Shown here piece after piece: positions 26,009-34,709 of a stretch of DNA of 40,163 nucleotides. Each line of letters begins with the position of its first letter. Within the stretch, counting starts at the first letter, position 1. The translations under genes were made by a program, and so were the position numbers. The DNA is from an uncultured Elusimicrobiales bacterium. GTDB taxonomy: Bacteria > Elusimicrobiota > Elusimicrobia > Elusimicrobiales > Elusimicrobiaceae. The notes under the pieces are model-generated. The model did not search any database and had not been told where the DNA came from. It was given only the letters and a program-made list of their open reading frames with translations. Where the stretch lies: the NCBI GenBank assembly GCA_944324735.1, contig CALUXL010000106.1:1-40163 (forward strand), read 5' to 3'.

Positions 26009-27580
26009 GTGGCAACAAAACTTAACAAACAACAAGAAGATTTTGCAAAAGCCGTCTTGACCGAAAAGACGGCCGTTGCCGCATGGAAAAAAAGCCACCC
26101 GGGCAGTAAGGCCAGTGCCAAAACGGCTAAAGAAAAGGCCAGCCGCCTTTTAAAAAACCCGGCTGTGGCTAGCCGGATAGCAGCGCTTAGGCAACAGGCT
26201 GCCGGCCCGGCTATTATGACGCTGGCAGACATTTTGAATTTTTGGTCTTTGACAACGCAAAACGGCAGTGAGGACATCTTTGCCCGCTTATCGGCCAGTA
26301 AAGCACTGGCCCAGCATTACTACAAGCTGGAAGCGGCCAAACAAAACGCGCCCCAGCCGGTGCAGGAGCCCCCGCAAAACGCGGCAGATTTTGCCCAATT
26401 TTGCGAGCGTCACGCTTACCCCCGGCCCTACCCCAAACAGGTAGAAATGGCCGAATTTGTACAAGGAAGCGGCCCTCGGCTGGTATTAGGCTCGCGCGGC
26501 TACGGCAAGACGGACTATGGGGTTATCTGCGCCCCCGCTTGGAAAATACTGCACGATCCTCAGGACACGTATCTTATCCTTACCAAAGAAAAAGCGCGCG
26601 GCACGGAAATCATAAGCGAAATTGCCCGCATTTTGACCGAGGAAGGCGTTACCCTTGCCAAAAGCAGTTCCCTGCGCCTGGTGCTGGCGGGCCACACCGG
26701 CAAAGACCCCAACGTGGCGGTGCTTCCGCTACGCAGTAAGTCTTTCCGCGGCCGCCACCCCAAGCATATTATTTGCGACGACCTTATCACCCCCGACGAC
26801 GTAAGCAAGGCCGAGCGCGACAAGGTGGAAGCCGTACGGGCCGAACTTATGAAGCTTACCGAAAATGTTTGCTTTATCGGCCAGCCGGCCCACGCTAAAG
26901 ACGTATACGCCAAACTGCGCAACCTGCCCGGCGTAAAAAAGCTGGAAGTACCTTACGGCTCTATCCCGCAGTTGGACGTTAATTTAGACGCCCAACGCGC
27001 CGCCGGCATTAGCGAGGAAAGCATACAGGCAAGCTACTTCCTGCAAATTGGCGAGGCCGAGCGCATGCCCTTTTCGGGTGTGGAATATGTGGACTTCTTC
27101 CCCAGTGGCACCAGTACAGGGTTTATAGACCCCAGCCACGAAGGGGTAGACTACACCGCCATGGCGATAGGCGCCATGAATTTTGACCGCTTTATCGTGG
27201 CGGGTTTTGCCTGGCCCAAAGCGTGGGATGATTGTCTGGAAGACATCCTAAGCGTAATAAAAGCGTACCGTGTAGCCTGTTTTGCGTTTGAAACCAACGG
27301 CCTGGGTAAACACCCCGTTATTTTGCTTCGCCGCATGGGGGCCCGGGTGGACGAGTGGAAAAGCACCGAAAACAAACACGGCCGCATTTTAAACGCGGCT
27401 ACCGGCAAGCAGTTTATAAAGCTGGCCCAATATTTGCCGCCCGAGCTTCAAACCCCGGCGTTTAGGCAGGCGCAGCAGACATTTAACAATATGGTTTTGG
27501 ACTATGAATACAAGGCCGAGCACGACGACGCGCCCGACGCGCTGGCCAACTTAATGAAATATGTAGGACTGGTAAAATAA
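26009..27580 (+). CDS. Terminase, small-subunit domain fused to large subunit
   Basis: N-terminal LNKQQE.FA...A..KASRLLKNP.V...I..L (TerS-like); then GSRGYGKT, FRGRHP..IICDDL, FIDPS, ETNG, HDDAPDALA (TerL). Confidence 0.88.
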   Translation: MATKLNKQQEDFAKAVLTEKTAVAAWKKSHPGSKASAKTAKEKASRLLKNPAVASRIAALRQQAAGPAIMTLADILNFWSLTTQNGSEDIFARLSASKALAQHYYKLEAAKQNAPQPVQEPPQNAADFAQFCERHAYPRPYPKQVEMAEFVQGSGPRLVLGSRGYGKTDYGVICAPAWKILHDPQDTYLILTKEKARGTEIISEIARILTEEGVTLAKSSSLRLVLAGHTGKDPNVAVLPLRSKSFRGRHPKHIICDDLITPDDVSKAERDKVEAVRAELMKLTENVCFIGQPAHAKDVYAKLRNLPGVKKLEVPYGSIPQLDVNLDAQRAAGISEESIQASYFLQIGEAERMPFSGVEYVDFFPSGTSTGFIDPSHEGVDYTAMAIGAMNFDRFIVAGFAWPKAWDDCLEDILSVIKAYRVACFAFETNGLGKHPVILLRRMGARVDEWKSTENKHGRILNAATGKQFIKLAQYLPPELQTPAFRQAQQTFNNMVLDYEYKAEHDDAPDALANLMKYVGLVK

Positions 27581-28545
27581 TGGAACTTAACTTTTCAAAA
27601 TTCTTTGGCACAAACACCCAACAGCAAACCGATTTCCAGCTGGACATTTGCTTTCCCTGGGACTTGGCCCAAAAAGACTTTACCGAATGGTTCTGCAAAA
27701 ACCTGTACCGTAAAGTGCTGTTGGACTGTTACGCCCGCGCGGCCGATTTTCCCCAGAAAAAAGAATCCGTCCTGTGGGACAGTGTGGTAAACACCCAGTC
27801 GGCCCGGGGGCTTGTTTCCATTTTGGCGGAAGGCATGACGGATACCGATCATGAAGTCTATTTGCTGTATGTAAACAATACCGTACGCCCCGCCCTAAAC
27901 GAAGAAGAACGCCAAGCCATTTTAAATGACCTTACCGGAGATCACGGCATTATCCTTAGTTTTAAAGATTTTTACCAAACCAAAATTTTAAAACAGCTGG
28001 CCGCCCTGTTATTTTGCGCCCTCAAAAACGCCAATACGGGGCTGCACCTTTCCCAGTCTGTCATATTAAAAATATCCGGCCTGCGGGAAAATATTTCCGT
28101 CCTTAACTCCCAGGGGCCCACTGCCCAGGCCAAAGCACTGGTGCAAGCCCTCACCCAAGACGGCAAAGGCGCCATGTTAGACAGCGGGGACCTGATAGAA
28201 ACCCCGCCCTTTGACCCGGAACCCATGGAAAAAACACTGGACGTTATTTTCGGGCTTATTTCTCTTTCCACGGGGTTGCCGCGCAGTTATGTGGACGGGT
28301 TGGTAAATTCCGGCCTGTCCGACACGGGCGAGGCGGACAGCCTGGCCGTGGAGCGCGCCCTGTCTTTTTATTTTAATTCCATTTTTAAACCGGTGTGTGA
28401 CAAATTGCTTAAATGCAGCCTGGTTTACAAACGTTCCAGCTGGCGTAAATTTGCCGAAGTTGCAAACCTGCTCCCGGTGCTGGAAGCCACCGATATGGTA
28501 CCCACGGAGTACAAAGAAAAACTGATTAAAGAAGTATTCGGCTAA
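27580..28545 (+). CDS. Probable portal protein (short)
   Basis: Directly after terminase; IS.STGLPRSY..G....GL..TGE.D motif typical of DUF1073-like portals. Confidence 0.65.
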   Translation: MELNFSKFFGTNTQQQTDFQLDICFPWDLAQKDFTEWFCKNLYRKVLLDCYARAADFPQKKESVLWDSVVNTQSARGLVSILAEGMTDTDHEVYLLYVNNTVRPALNEEERQAILNDLTGDHGIILSFKDFYQTKILKQLAALLFCALKNANTGLHLSQSVILKISGLRENISVLNSQGPTAQAKALVQALTQDGKGAMLDSGDLIETPPFDPEPMEKTLDVIFGLISLSTGLPRSYVDGLVNSGLSDTGEADSLAVERALSFYFNSIFKPVCDKLLKCSLVYKRSSWRKFAEVANLLPVLEATDMVPTEYKEKLIKEVFG

Positions 28546-29426
28546 TGGGGCAACGCTTTGACCCGCAAACGTGGCTAAAGCGGGTTTTCCCAAAGGGAAT
28601 TGAAAAATCCGGCTTATTAAACGACAAGCTGGAAATTAAAAAAACGTATTTAAAAGCCCTGGTGCGGGCCACGTCCGTAAGCCAAAGGCAGCTGACGCAG
28701 GAAATCTACAAAACGGTAGATTTCTACTTGGAAAAAGAAGAACGCCTTAAAGCGCAGGGCGTAAGGGCATTTAAACAAGAGGCTTTAAACGGCCAGGCCC
28801 TGCTGACGGAGCGTATAAAAAACTTCCTCGTTTACAGCGAGGTGCAAGCGCAGAAAAAGGCGCACAAGGGCCGCATGTACCGCTGGCTCCCGTCCAGCGC
28901 CAAGGAACCCGACCCGGAACACCAACTGCTATACGGCAAAGTGTTTCGCGAAGGGGAAGGCGACAAAGAAGGCTATATGCCTGGCGAGCGCTGGGGCTGC
29001 CAATGCGGCATAGAGTGGCTGGACGACGACGAAGCCTTTAAAGAATTTGCTGGCCGCAAATACAGCGGCTACAAAGGCCAAAAAGCCGTCACTAAATTAA
29101 TGCGCGAACGGCAAGGCTATGTGCCCAATGCGTTTAAAAACAAAGAAATAGGCAACATCAGTTTAATTTGGGGAAACGAAAAAATTGGCTTTGCTCATTT
29201 AATAGAAGGCCGCTCAAAGCAATTTCCCATTGAGGAGTTTTTGAAAGATTTTTCCAGCGTAGTGAAAGAAGGTAAAAAATACCCCAACAAATACAGCAAA
29301 ACGCGTTTTGATTTGTGGGACAAAAAACGGAAAAAGCTAGTTGTGATTGAAACCGTTTACGGAGAGAACAAAAAAATAAACTTTCCCGTCACTATGGTTA
29401 GACAAAAAAATAGACCCAAGCGGTAA
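28545..29426 (+). CDS. MuF/gp7-like head morphogenesis protein with C-terminal PBECR-like RNase toxin domain
   Basis: YRW......H...YG..F...PGERWGCQC (MuF-like); C-terminal EIGNISLIWG...GFAHLI..R (BECR-fold-like). Confidence 0.7.
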   Translation: MGQRFDPQTWLKRVFPKGIEKSGLLNDKLEIKKTYLKALVRATSVSQRQLTQEIYKTVDFYLEKEERLKAQGVRAFKQEALNGQALLTERIKNFLVYSEVQAQKKAHKGRMYRWLPSSAKEPDPEHQLLYGKVFREGEGDKEGYMPGERWGCQCGIEWLDDDEAFKEFAGRKYSGYKGQKAVTKLMRERQGYVPNAFKNKEIGNISLIWGNEKIGFAHLIEGRSKQFPIEEFLKDFSSVVKEGKKYPNKYSKTRFDLWDKKRKKLVVIETVYGENKKINFPVTMVRQKNRPKR

Positions 29427-29489
29427 GTGTAAGGCGTTGCATGAACACTTATTTTAAAAGAGGCTTCTTCCTCTTTCCGTTAGGTCTAT
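29404..29489 (-). ncRNA. Candidate ~85-nt three-way-junction RNA convergent with the MuF-toxin gene
   Basis: Own promoter; P1 AGACCUAA-CGG/CCG-c-UUGGGUCU, P2 AAAGAGG/CCUCUUU, P3 UAAGUGU/ACACUUA, then U7. Confidence 0.6.
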
Positions 29490-29493
29490 AAAC

Positions 29494-29522
29494 AGTATAG
29501 CGAAAAAGTACGTGTTTTTCAA
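29494..29522 (-). promoter_or_regulatory. Antisense sigma70 promoter inside the head operon
   Basis: Minus strand TTGAAA (29522-17), 17 bp, TATACT (29499-94). Confidence 0.7.
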
Positions 29523-29531
29523 GGAAACGAT

Positions 29532-30224
29532 ATGAAAAAATTACTTAAACTAATGCATCAAAATTACCTCTTACGCGCCCCTGAAGGCGCCGCAGGGGCA
29601 GACGGCGGCGGCGCGGATAAAACCGCGGATTTGGCCGCCCAGGTGGCCGCGCTTAAGGCCCAGGTGCAAGCCCTGCAAAAAGCCAGCCAGCCGGGCCAAC
29701 CGCCCGAACAAAAGCCAGCCTCCTCCAAAGACATTGTGGACGACGTGGCCAAAAAAATAGAAGCGGAAAAACTGGCCGAGCAAAAAAGCAAAGAGTTGGA
29801 AGCCGCCATACGCTTCAACCTTTCCGCCCAGCAGTTTGTGGAAGCCAAAAAGGCCTTCCTGTCCGAACGGGCCCCGCGCATTGTGGAAGAAATTGCCGCC
29901 AAACAATTTTCCACCGAGCTGGCCCGCGCTAGAAGCCTGCAAAAAAACCTGCTGTGCGATTATCTTTCCGAACAGGCCAACCTGGAGGCTTTGCCCGAAA
30001 GCCTAAAAACCCGGGCCATGGAATTTAAAAAATTGGCGGACGACGAAAAAGAAACCCGCGCCGCCGATTATTGGGACGTGCTCACCTTGGGCGTGGACCG
30101 CAAAGAAGTTATTAAACAAGCAGAAGAAGCCCAGCGGGCCAACAACGGCTACGCACCGCGCGGAACCTTCGTTGCGGATTATGAAAGCCGCGTGTTTGCG
30201 CTGGGGCAAAAAAAGGAGAAATAA
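29532..30224 (+). CDS. Probable capsid scaffolding protein
   Basis: Ala/Gly-rich N-terminus and coiled coil; upstream of capsid genes. Confidence 0.55.
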   Translation: MKKLLKLMHQNYLLRAPEGAAGADGGGADKTADLAAQVAALKAQVQALQKASQPGQPPEQKPASSKDIVDDVAKKIEAEKLAEQKSKELEAAIRFNLSAQQFVEAKKAFLSERAPRIVEEIAAKQFSTELARARSLQKNLLCDYLSEQANLEALPESLKTRAMEFKKLADDEKETRAADYWDVLTLGVDRKEVIKQAEEAQRANNGYAPRGTFVADYESRVFALGQKKEK

Positions 30225-30227
30225 ACC

Positions 30228-30644
30228 ATGCAATACGTATTGGGAAGCCCGCTTGAACGCGGCAAATCTGACGTAATCACCAACTTGGAAGACACCGCCG
30301 GCACCATTAAGGCCGGGCATATTGTAAGCCTGAAAGAAGACGGCACCGCCAAAGAGTTCGCCTCTTCCGACGGCAACATTTACGGCGTGGCCGGCTATCA
30401 CGAACAAAAAAACCGCCTGGCGGTTATCCGCTGCGGGTTAATGACCCCGGTGGTTATTGACGCGTCCGCCCAGCCTGCCGCCGGCAAAAAAGTGTATTTA
30501 ACCGCCGCCGGCTTAGCCACGGACGCGGCCGACAGCAACACCGCCACCGGCGCCATTTTTAAAAGCGGCGAGGTACAAGGTATTGACGCCGTTAGCAAAG
30601 AAACGGCCAAAGCGGCTCTGATTGATTTCCCCGGGGGGCTGTAA
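30228..30644 (+). CDS. Probable capsid decoration/cement protein
   Basis: IKAG.IV.L...G....IYGVA...AVIR.G...AGKKVYL.A.G; AGGAG RBS. Confidence 0.65.
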   Translation: MQYVLGSPLERGKSDVITNLEDTAGTIKAGHIVSLKEDGTAKEFASSDGNIYGVAGYHEQKNRLAVIRCGLMTPVVIDASAQPAAGKKVYLTAAGLATDAADSNTATGAIFKSGEVQGIDAVSKETAKAALIDFPGGL

Positions 30645-30645
30645 T

Positions 30646-30807
30646 ATGGGTAAAACCAAAACCCCCAAAGAAACCCAACAAACCGCCGCTAAAGACGCCC
30701 CAAGCGCCCCCCAGGCGCAAGCCCGGCCAAACGGCGAGCAACCGGCCCCCGCGGCCCAGGCGAAAACCACCGTTTCCGCCAGAGAAACCATTAAAAACAG
30801 GAGATAA
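30646..30807 (+). CDS. Small low-complexity protein (53 aa)
   Basis: ATG 1 bp after the previous stop; fills the operon gap. Confidence 0.45.
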   Translation: MGKTKTPKETQQTAAKDAPSAPQAQARPNGEQPAPAAQAKTTVSARETIKNRR

Positions 30808-30813
30808 CTTTTT

Positions 30814-31689
30814 ATGCCTACAGATTTACATTCTTTACCCACCACGGTGCAACAGGTTGTGGGTAATTATACCCCTTCTTATGTGCCTTTGTTTTCCCGC
30901 ATTTTTGACGCAGGCAAAACGGTGGCGCATGAGCCTAAAATCGGCCAAATCAAAATTGAAACGACCGACGTCATCGGCGACGCCACCACCCGCCGCATTA
31001 CCTCCCAGGATACGGAGTTTAAATCCGGCAAATTAGCCACCAGCAACAAAGTATTTAATAAATACATCCGCGCCGTTAAATTTATTAAATCGGGCTGGCA
31101 GCCGGAAGTAAACATTAACAAAATTTCCGCTCAGGTGTTGGATCAAAACATGCAGGCCTTTGATATAAACGTCCTCACCGGGGACCCGCTGAAAGACGGC
31201 ACCCTTTCCAACAACGGGCTTATGCAGTCCAAAGACCCTAACCACGTTACCAATACCTCTAAAGAGTTGGCTTCCGCCCTGGCTTTAAGTGACGCCAAAA
31301 CTTTTTTGGACGGGATTATCAAACAGGCGGAAGAAATGGTGGGCAATGCTCCCAAGCGCATTGTTTTTACCGGCTCTTTGGGTGATAAACTGGGCGGTTT
31401 TGTGCCCAATACGGCCGTGTCCGTACTCAGCGCCATTAAAGACGCCTACACCCAACAGGGCAAGCAGCTGGAATGGCTGTTTGCACCCAGCGGCGCCGGC
31501 ACGAAAGACGGCGTAATGGTGGTAACGCCTTCGGTTGTTACGTTTAACTATACGGCCCTGCCCCGCCTGTACAAAATGGGCTACAACGATGAAAACGAAT
31601 ATTCCTGGTTTGTTTTCATTGACGGTTCTTCCATGGTGGATGTGGAAAAACTGGGCGGCGTAATTGTGCAGCCGGTAACTTTTAGATAA
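30814..31689 (+). CDS. Probable major capsid protein
   Basis: Size and position; D..VLTGD....NNGL motif typical of the HK97 fold; AGGAG RBS. Confidence 0.65.
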   Translation: MPTDLHSLPTTVQQVVGNYTPSYVPLFSRIFDAGKTVAHEPKIGQIKIETTDVIGDATTRRITSQDTEFKSGKLATSNKVFNKYIRAVKFIKSGWQPEVNINKISAQVLDQNMQAFDINVLTGDPLKDGTLSNNGLMQSKDPNHVTNTSKELASALALSDAKTFLDGIIKQAEEMVGNAPKRIVFTGSLGDKLGGFVPNTAVSVLSAIKDAYTQQGKQLEWLFAPSGAGTKDGVMVVTPSVVTFNYTALPRLYKMGYNDENEYSWFVFIDGSSMVDVEKLGGVIVQPVTFR

Positions 31690-31700
31690 GGGGTGTTACT

Positions 31701-31970
31701 ATGCGCGAAGCCTTGGATAATGTCTTGCAGGTTATTGGAGCCACGTTTTTGACCACCGCGGAGTGGAACACCGCCAGCGGCGTGTTAAACGGGGCCGTGG
31801 ATAACGTAAGCCAATACCGGGCTTTGCGCACGGTTTTGACTTCCCGCGGGGGCGAGGACGACGCCTTGGAAAGACTTAAACACTATTTTTTGGCGTTGGG
31901 CCTTTCCCCCGCCCAGTTAGATTTGCCCGCGGCTAATTTTAGCAACATCTTTATAGGTGCCCCGTTATGA
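31701..31970 (+). CDS. Probable head-tail adaptor
   Basis: Small helical ORF after capsid; synteny only. Confidence 0.45.
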   Translation: MREALDNVLQVIGATFLTTAEWNTASGVLNGAVDNVSQYRALRTVLTSRGGEDDALERLKHYFLALGLSPAQLDLPAANFSNIFIGAPL

Positions 31971-32458
31971 GCGGGCAGGACGTAAAATTCCAAGCGGTGG
32001 AGCGGCTTAACTCGTTTCTGTCCAAACGTTTGGGCAAGTATGAAGTGGAAGTAGGTTTGCTGGAAGACGCACCCGCCGCCAAGTGGAAAAAAGAGCGCAA
32101 ACGCCTTGCCGGCGGCCCGGCCAATAAAGAAGCCGGTTCGGATAAAAACACAACCTTGCGCGAGGTGTTTGCCCATTGGGCCCAGGTATATAACTTACTG
32201 CTGGCCCCCCTGCGGGCGGAAGGCAACAAAGACGTGGTGGAAGTGATTGGCCGCATGGTGGCCGATTTGGTCACATTAGGGCGCCAAAAACAGCAGTTTC
32301 TAAATGCGGTGCAGGCCCTTATCCGCAACCCGATTTCACGCGGGGATTATGGCAAAAACAGCAAAGAGTGGGCCAAGGCCAAAGGGTTTAACCGCCTGTT
32401 AATTAATACGGGCAAGATGTTTAAAAACATTAAAGCGAGGTTTAAAAACCGTGTTTGA
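31967..32458 (+). CDS. Neck / tail-completion protein
   Basis: VEVGLL ... N...W...KG....LINTGKM..NI motif of phage virion morphogenesis proteins. Confidence 0.65.
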   Translation: MSGQDVKFQAVERLNSFLSKRLGKYEVEVGLLEDAPAAKWKKERKRLAGGPANKEAGSDKNTTLREVFAHWAQVYNLLLAPLRAEGNKDVVEVIGRMVADLVTLGRQKQQFLNAVQALIRNPISRGDYGKNSKEWAKAKGFNRLLINTGKMFKNIKARFKNRV

Positions 32459-32867
32459 AAAAGCGCTGGAAGAAGATTTAAAAAAGATTTTTAAAACCAA
32501 GGCGGTGCGCTTCTGCCGGGCCGAAGGGCTTTTGGAGCAGGACGTGCTTTGTGTGGACATTACTGCCCAGCGCATTGGCGCACAAGAAGGCAAAGCCTGG
32601 GCGCGGGTAAGCGGCACGGTGGCCGTGCGCGGGGCCAGCAAAAAGAATCCCGCCGGTTTCTTAACCAAAAAAGTGGCCGAGTCCGCGCCGCAACTACTTT
32701 CCCGCTTTTGGTTTGGCGCAAGCGAAAGCCCCGTTTTACTCCCCATAGAATGGGAAATAAAGGCTTATAAGCTGGATTTTACGTACTTCTACCAAGAAGA
32801 ATACGCCCCCGTAAAGGGCCTTATTGAATACGCCAAACTGTTTTGGCAATACATTATAGGAGCATAA
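32451..32867 (+). CDS. Probable tail terminator protein
   Basis: Size and position before the sheath gene. Confidence 0.45.
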   Translation: MFEKALEEDLKKIFKTKAVRFCRAEGLLEQDVLCVDITAQRIGAQEGKAWARVSGTVAVRGASKKNPAGFLTKKVAESAPQLLSRFWFGASESPVLLPIEWEIKAYKLDFTYFYQEEYAPVKGLIEYAKLFWQYIIGA

Positions 32868-32869
32868 AA

Positions 32870-33802
32870 ATGGCACAAAATGGCGACGTACTGCTTAACT
32901 ATATTTTGCAGTTAGATGTAAGAACCCCCACGCCGGACGCAAACACCGATTATTTGCGCGCCGTGGTGGCCGTGGTTAAACCCAAGGACGAAACCCCCAC
33001 GGGCCAAATCACCAAAGTAATCAGCGCAGAGGCCGCTTCCGCGCTTACCGATAATGCAGACGTGGCCGAACTTTTTAAGGGCGGCTTAAACAGCGCGCTT
33101 ATCCTGCCGGTGGACGATTTATCCGCCGTTGGCACGGCTTTGGCTTCCGCCACGGAACAATTTTACACCGTGCTTATTTCGTCTGATTTTAACAAAACGG
33201 AAATTGACAGCCTGGACGTAGGCACCTTTGACGGCGTAGTAGGCGCCGCGTTTGAACAGCAGGCCGACGCCAAAGCCTTTGCCGCGCAAAGCAAACGCTG
33301 CGGGGCCAAAAACGCCAAAAGTCTTTTTTACGTCTTTGGGCAACTGCTCAGCGCTTCCAGCTGGAGCAACCTGCAATACATTGATATGCCCTACTCGGAC
33401 GGCGTAACCACCGTGGCCGAAGCGGACAGCCTGTTTGCAGACAAAGTAACCTTTGTGTTGGACAGCCCCCAATACGGCCGCCGTTTGGGTTTGTTTGCGG
33501 CAGGCGGGCAGGCCATCATTGCCCCCTACATCACGCAGGAACTCATTACCAATTTGCAGGGCGCGGCTTTGCAGTATTTAAACTTAAACCGCCCGCAATA
33601 CACGCTTACGCAGGCCAAACTGCTGGAAGATTATTTAACGTCCGACGCAGACGCCCGCTACGTGCAAACCAAACTGTTAGATTACGCCCGGGTAAACGTA
33701 AGCCTTGCCGGCAAAAATTACGAAGGCACGGTTTCCGTGTCTATCCCCGAGCCTACCGCCCTGTGGCGGCTGAAAGGCATTTTAACGCAGGAGGCCCTGT
33801 AA
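32870..33802 (+). CDS. Probable tail sheath protein (short; start revised to MAQNG)
   Basis: AGGAG RBS; sheath-tube-chaperone-TMP synteny; beta-rich C-terminus. Confidence 0.55.
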   Translation: MAQNGDVLLNYILQLDVRTPTPDANTDYLRAVVAVVKPKDETPTGQITKVISAEAASALTDNADVAELFKGGLNSALILPVDDLSAVGTALASATEQFYTVLISSDFNKTEIDSLDVGTFDGVVGAAFEQQADAKAFAAQSKRCGAKNAKSLFYVFGQLLSASSWSNLQYIDMPYSDGVTTVAEADSLFADKVTFVLDSPQYGRRLGLFAAGGQAIIAPYITQELITNLQGAALQYLNLNRPQYTLTQAKLLEDYLTSDADARYVQTKLLDYARVNVSLAGKNYEGTVSVSIPEPTALWRLKGILTQEAL

Positions 33803-33803
33803 T

Positions 33804-34220
33804 ATGTACGCCTTAAGAACTTCTTTATGTGATTTTTACTTTTCCCGCAACGGAGTCGATTATGACGTCACCGCCGCGGTGGACACTGCCACCTTTGAAG
33901 ACCCGGAACGCAAGCATTTAACCCGCGGTTCTTCCGGGCAAAACAAAACGGGGCTTATTTATACCGAGGGTATCAAAGACCCCAAAACGCTTACGGTGGC
34001 GTTTATCGGCCTGTCGCAGGAAATGGCCAATATGCTGGCCGATATGTACAAAGAAGAAGAACGCACCGATTTTAAAATCGTGGACCGCAAAACCGGTCAG
34101 CGGCGTTCTTTTAAGCAGGCCATTATCAGCCAGCGCCCCCTGCAAAGCACCCTTACGGACGGAGCAGAAGAACAAACCGTGCAGGTTGTTTTTGAAAGCT
34201 ACCAGGTAGAAGACAAATGA
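33804..34220 (+). CDS. Probable tail tube protein
   Basis: 138-aa beta-rich ORF between sheath and chaperone. Confidence 0.6.
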   Translation: MYALRTSLCDFYFSRNGVDYDVTAAVDTATFEDPERKHLTRGSSGQNKTGLIYTEGIKDPKTLTVAFIGLSQEMANMLADMYKEEERTDFKIVDRKTGQRRSFKQAIISQRPLQSTLTDGAEEQTVQVVFESYQVEDK

Positions 34221-34606
34221 TAAAAACCAAAGAGTTACGCGGCCTGCAAAGCGTTTGGGCGCTAAATGCTTATTCCACCCTGGTCTACGGGCTTGCCACT
34301 GAGCAAGCCTGCCTGGGGCAGGATTACGAAACCAGCACGGCCAAGTTTGAAGCCTTGCCGCTTGAGGACAAAGAAAAGCAACTGCGCCACGCTTTGCAAA
34401 TCGTCAATTTATCCAAAGAAGACATGAATAATTTGCTGGCCTTTGCCCTGGACGTAAACGGCATACCGTACAGCCAAAAGAACGTGGACAAACTGCCGCC
34501 TATGGAACTGGTGGAAGCCATGCTGGCCGTATGCCTTGAGCTTGCGCAACTGCGCCCGCAAATCTGCCCGGAAGACGCAAAAAAAAACTTAAACCCGGCA
34601 GCGTAG
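34217..34606 (+). CDS. Tail assembly chaperone; -1 frameshift product extends to 34731
   Basis: A9 slippery run at 34579-87 just before the stop; -1 frame open to TAA 34729-31. Confidence 0.7.
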   Translation: MIKTKELRGLQSVWALNAYSTLVYGLATEQACLGQDYETSTAKFEALPLEDKEKQLRHALQIVNLSKEDMNNLLAFALDVNGIPYSQKNVDKLPPMELVEAMLAVCLELAQLRPQICPEDAKKNLNPAA

Positions 34607-34709
34607 ATTTGTTTGCAGAAGCCTTCCGCCGAACTGACGGCAACTACACCTTGCAGGAAATTTTGGAAGCGGCCTTTTACCGGGCCTTAAACAGAGCGGA
34701 GTTTGAACT

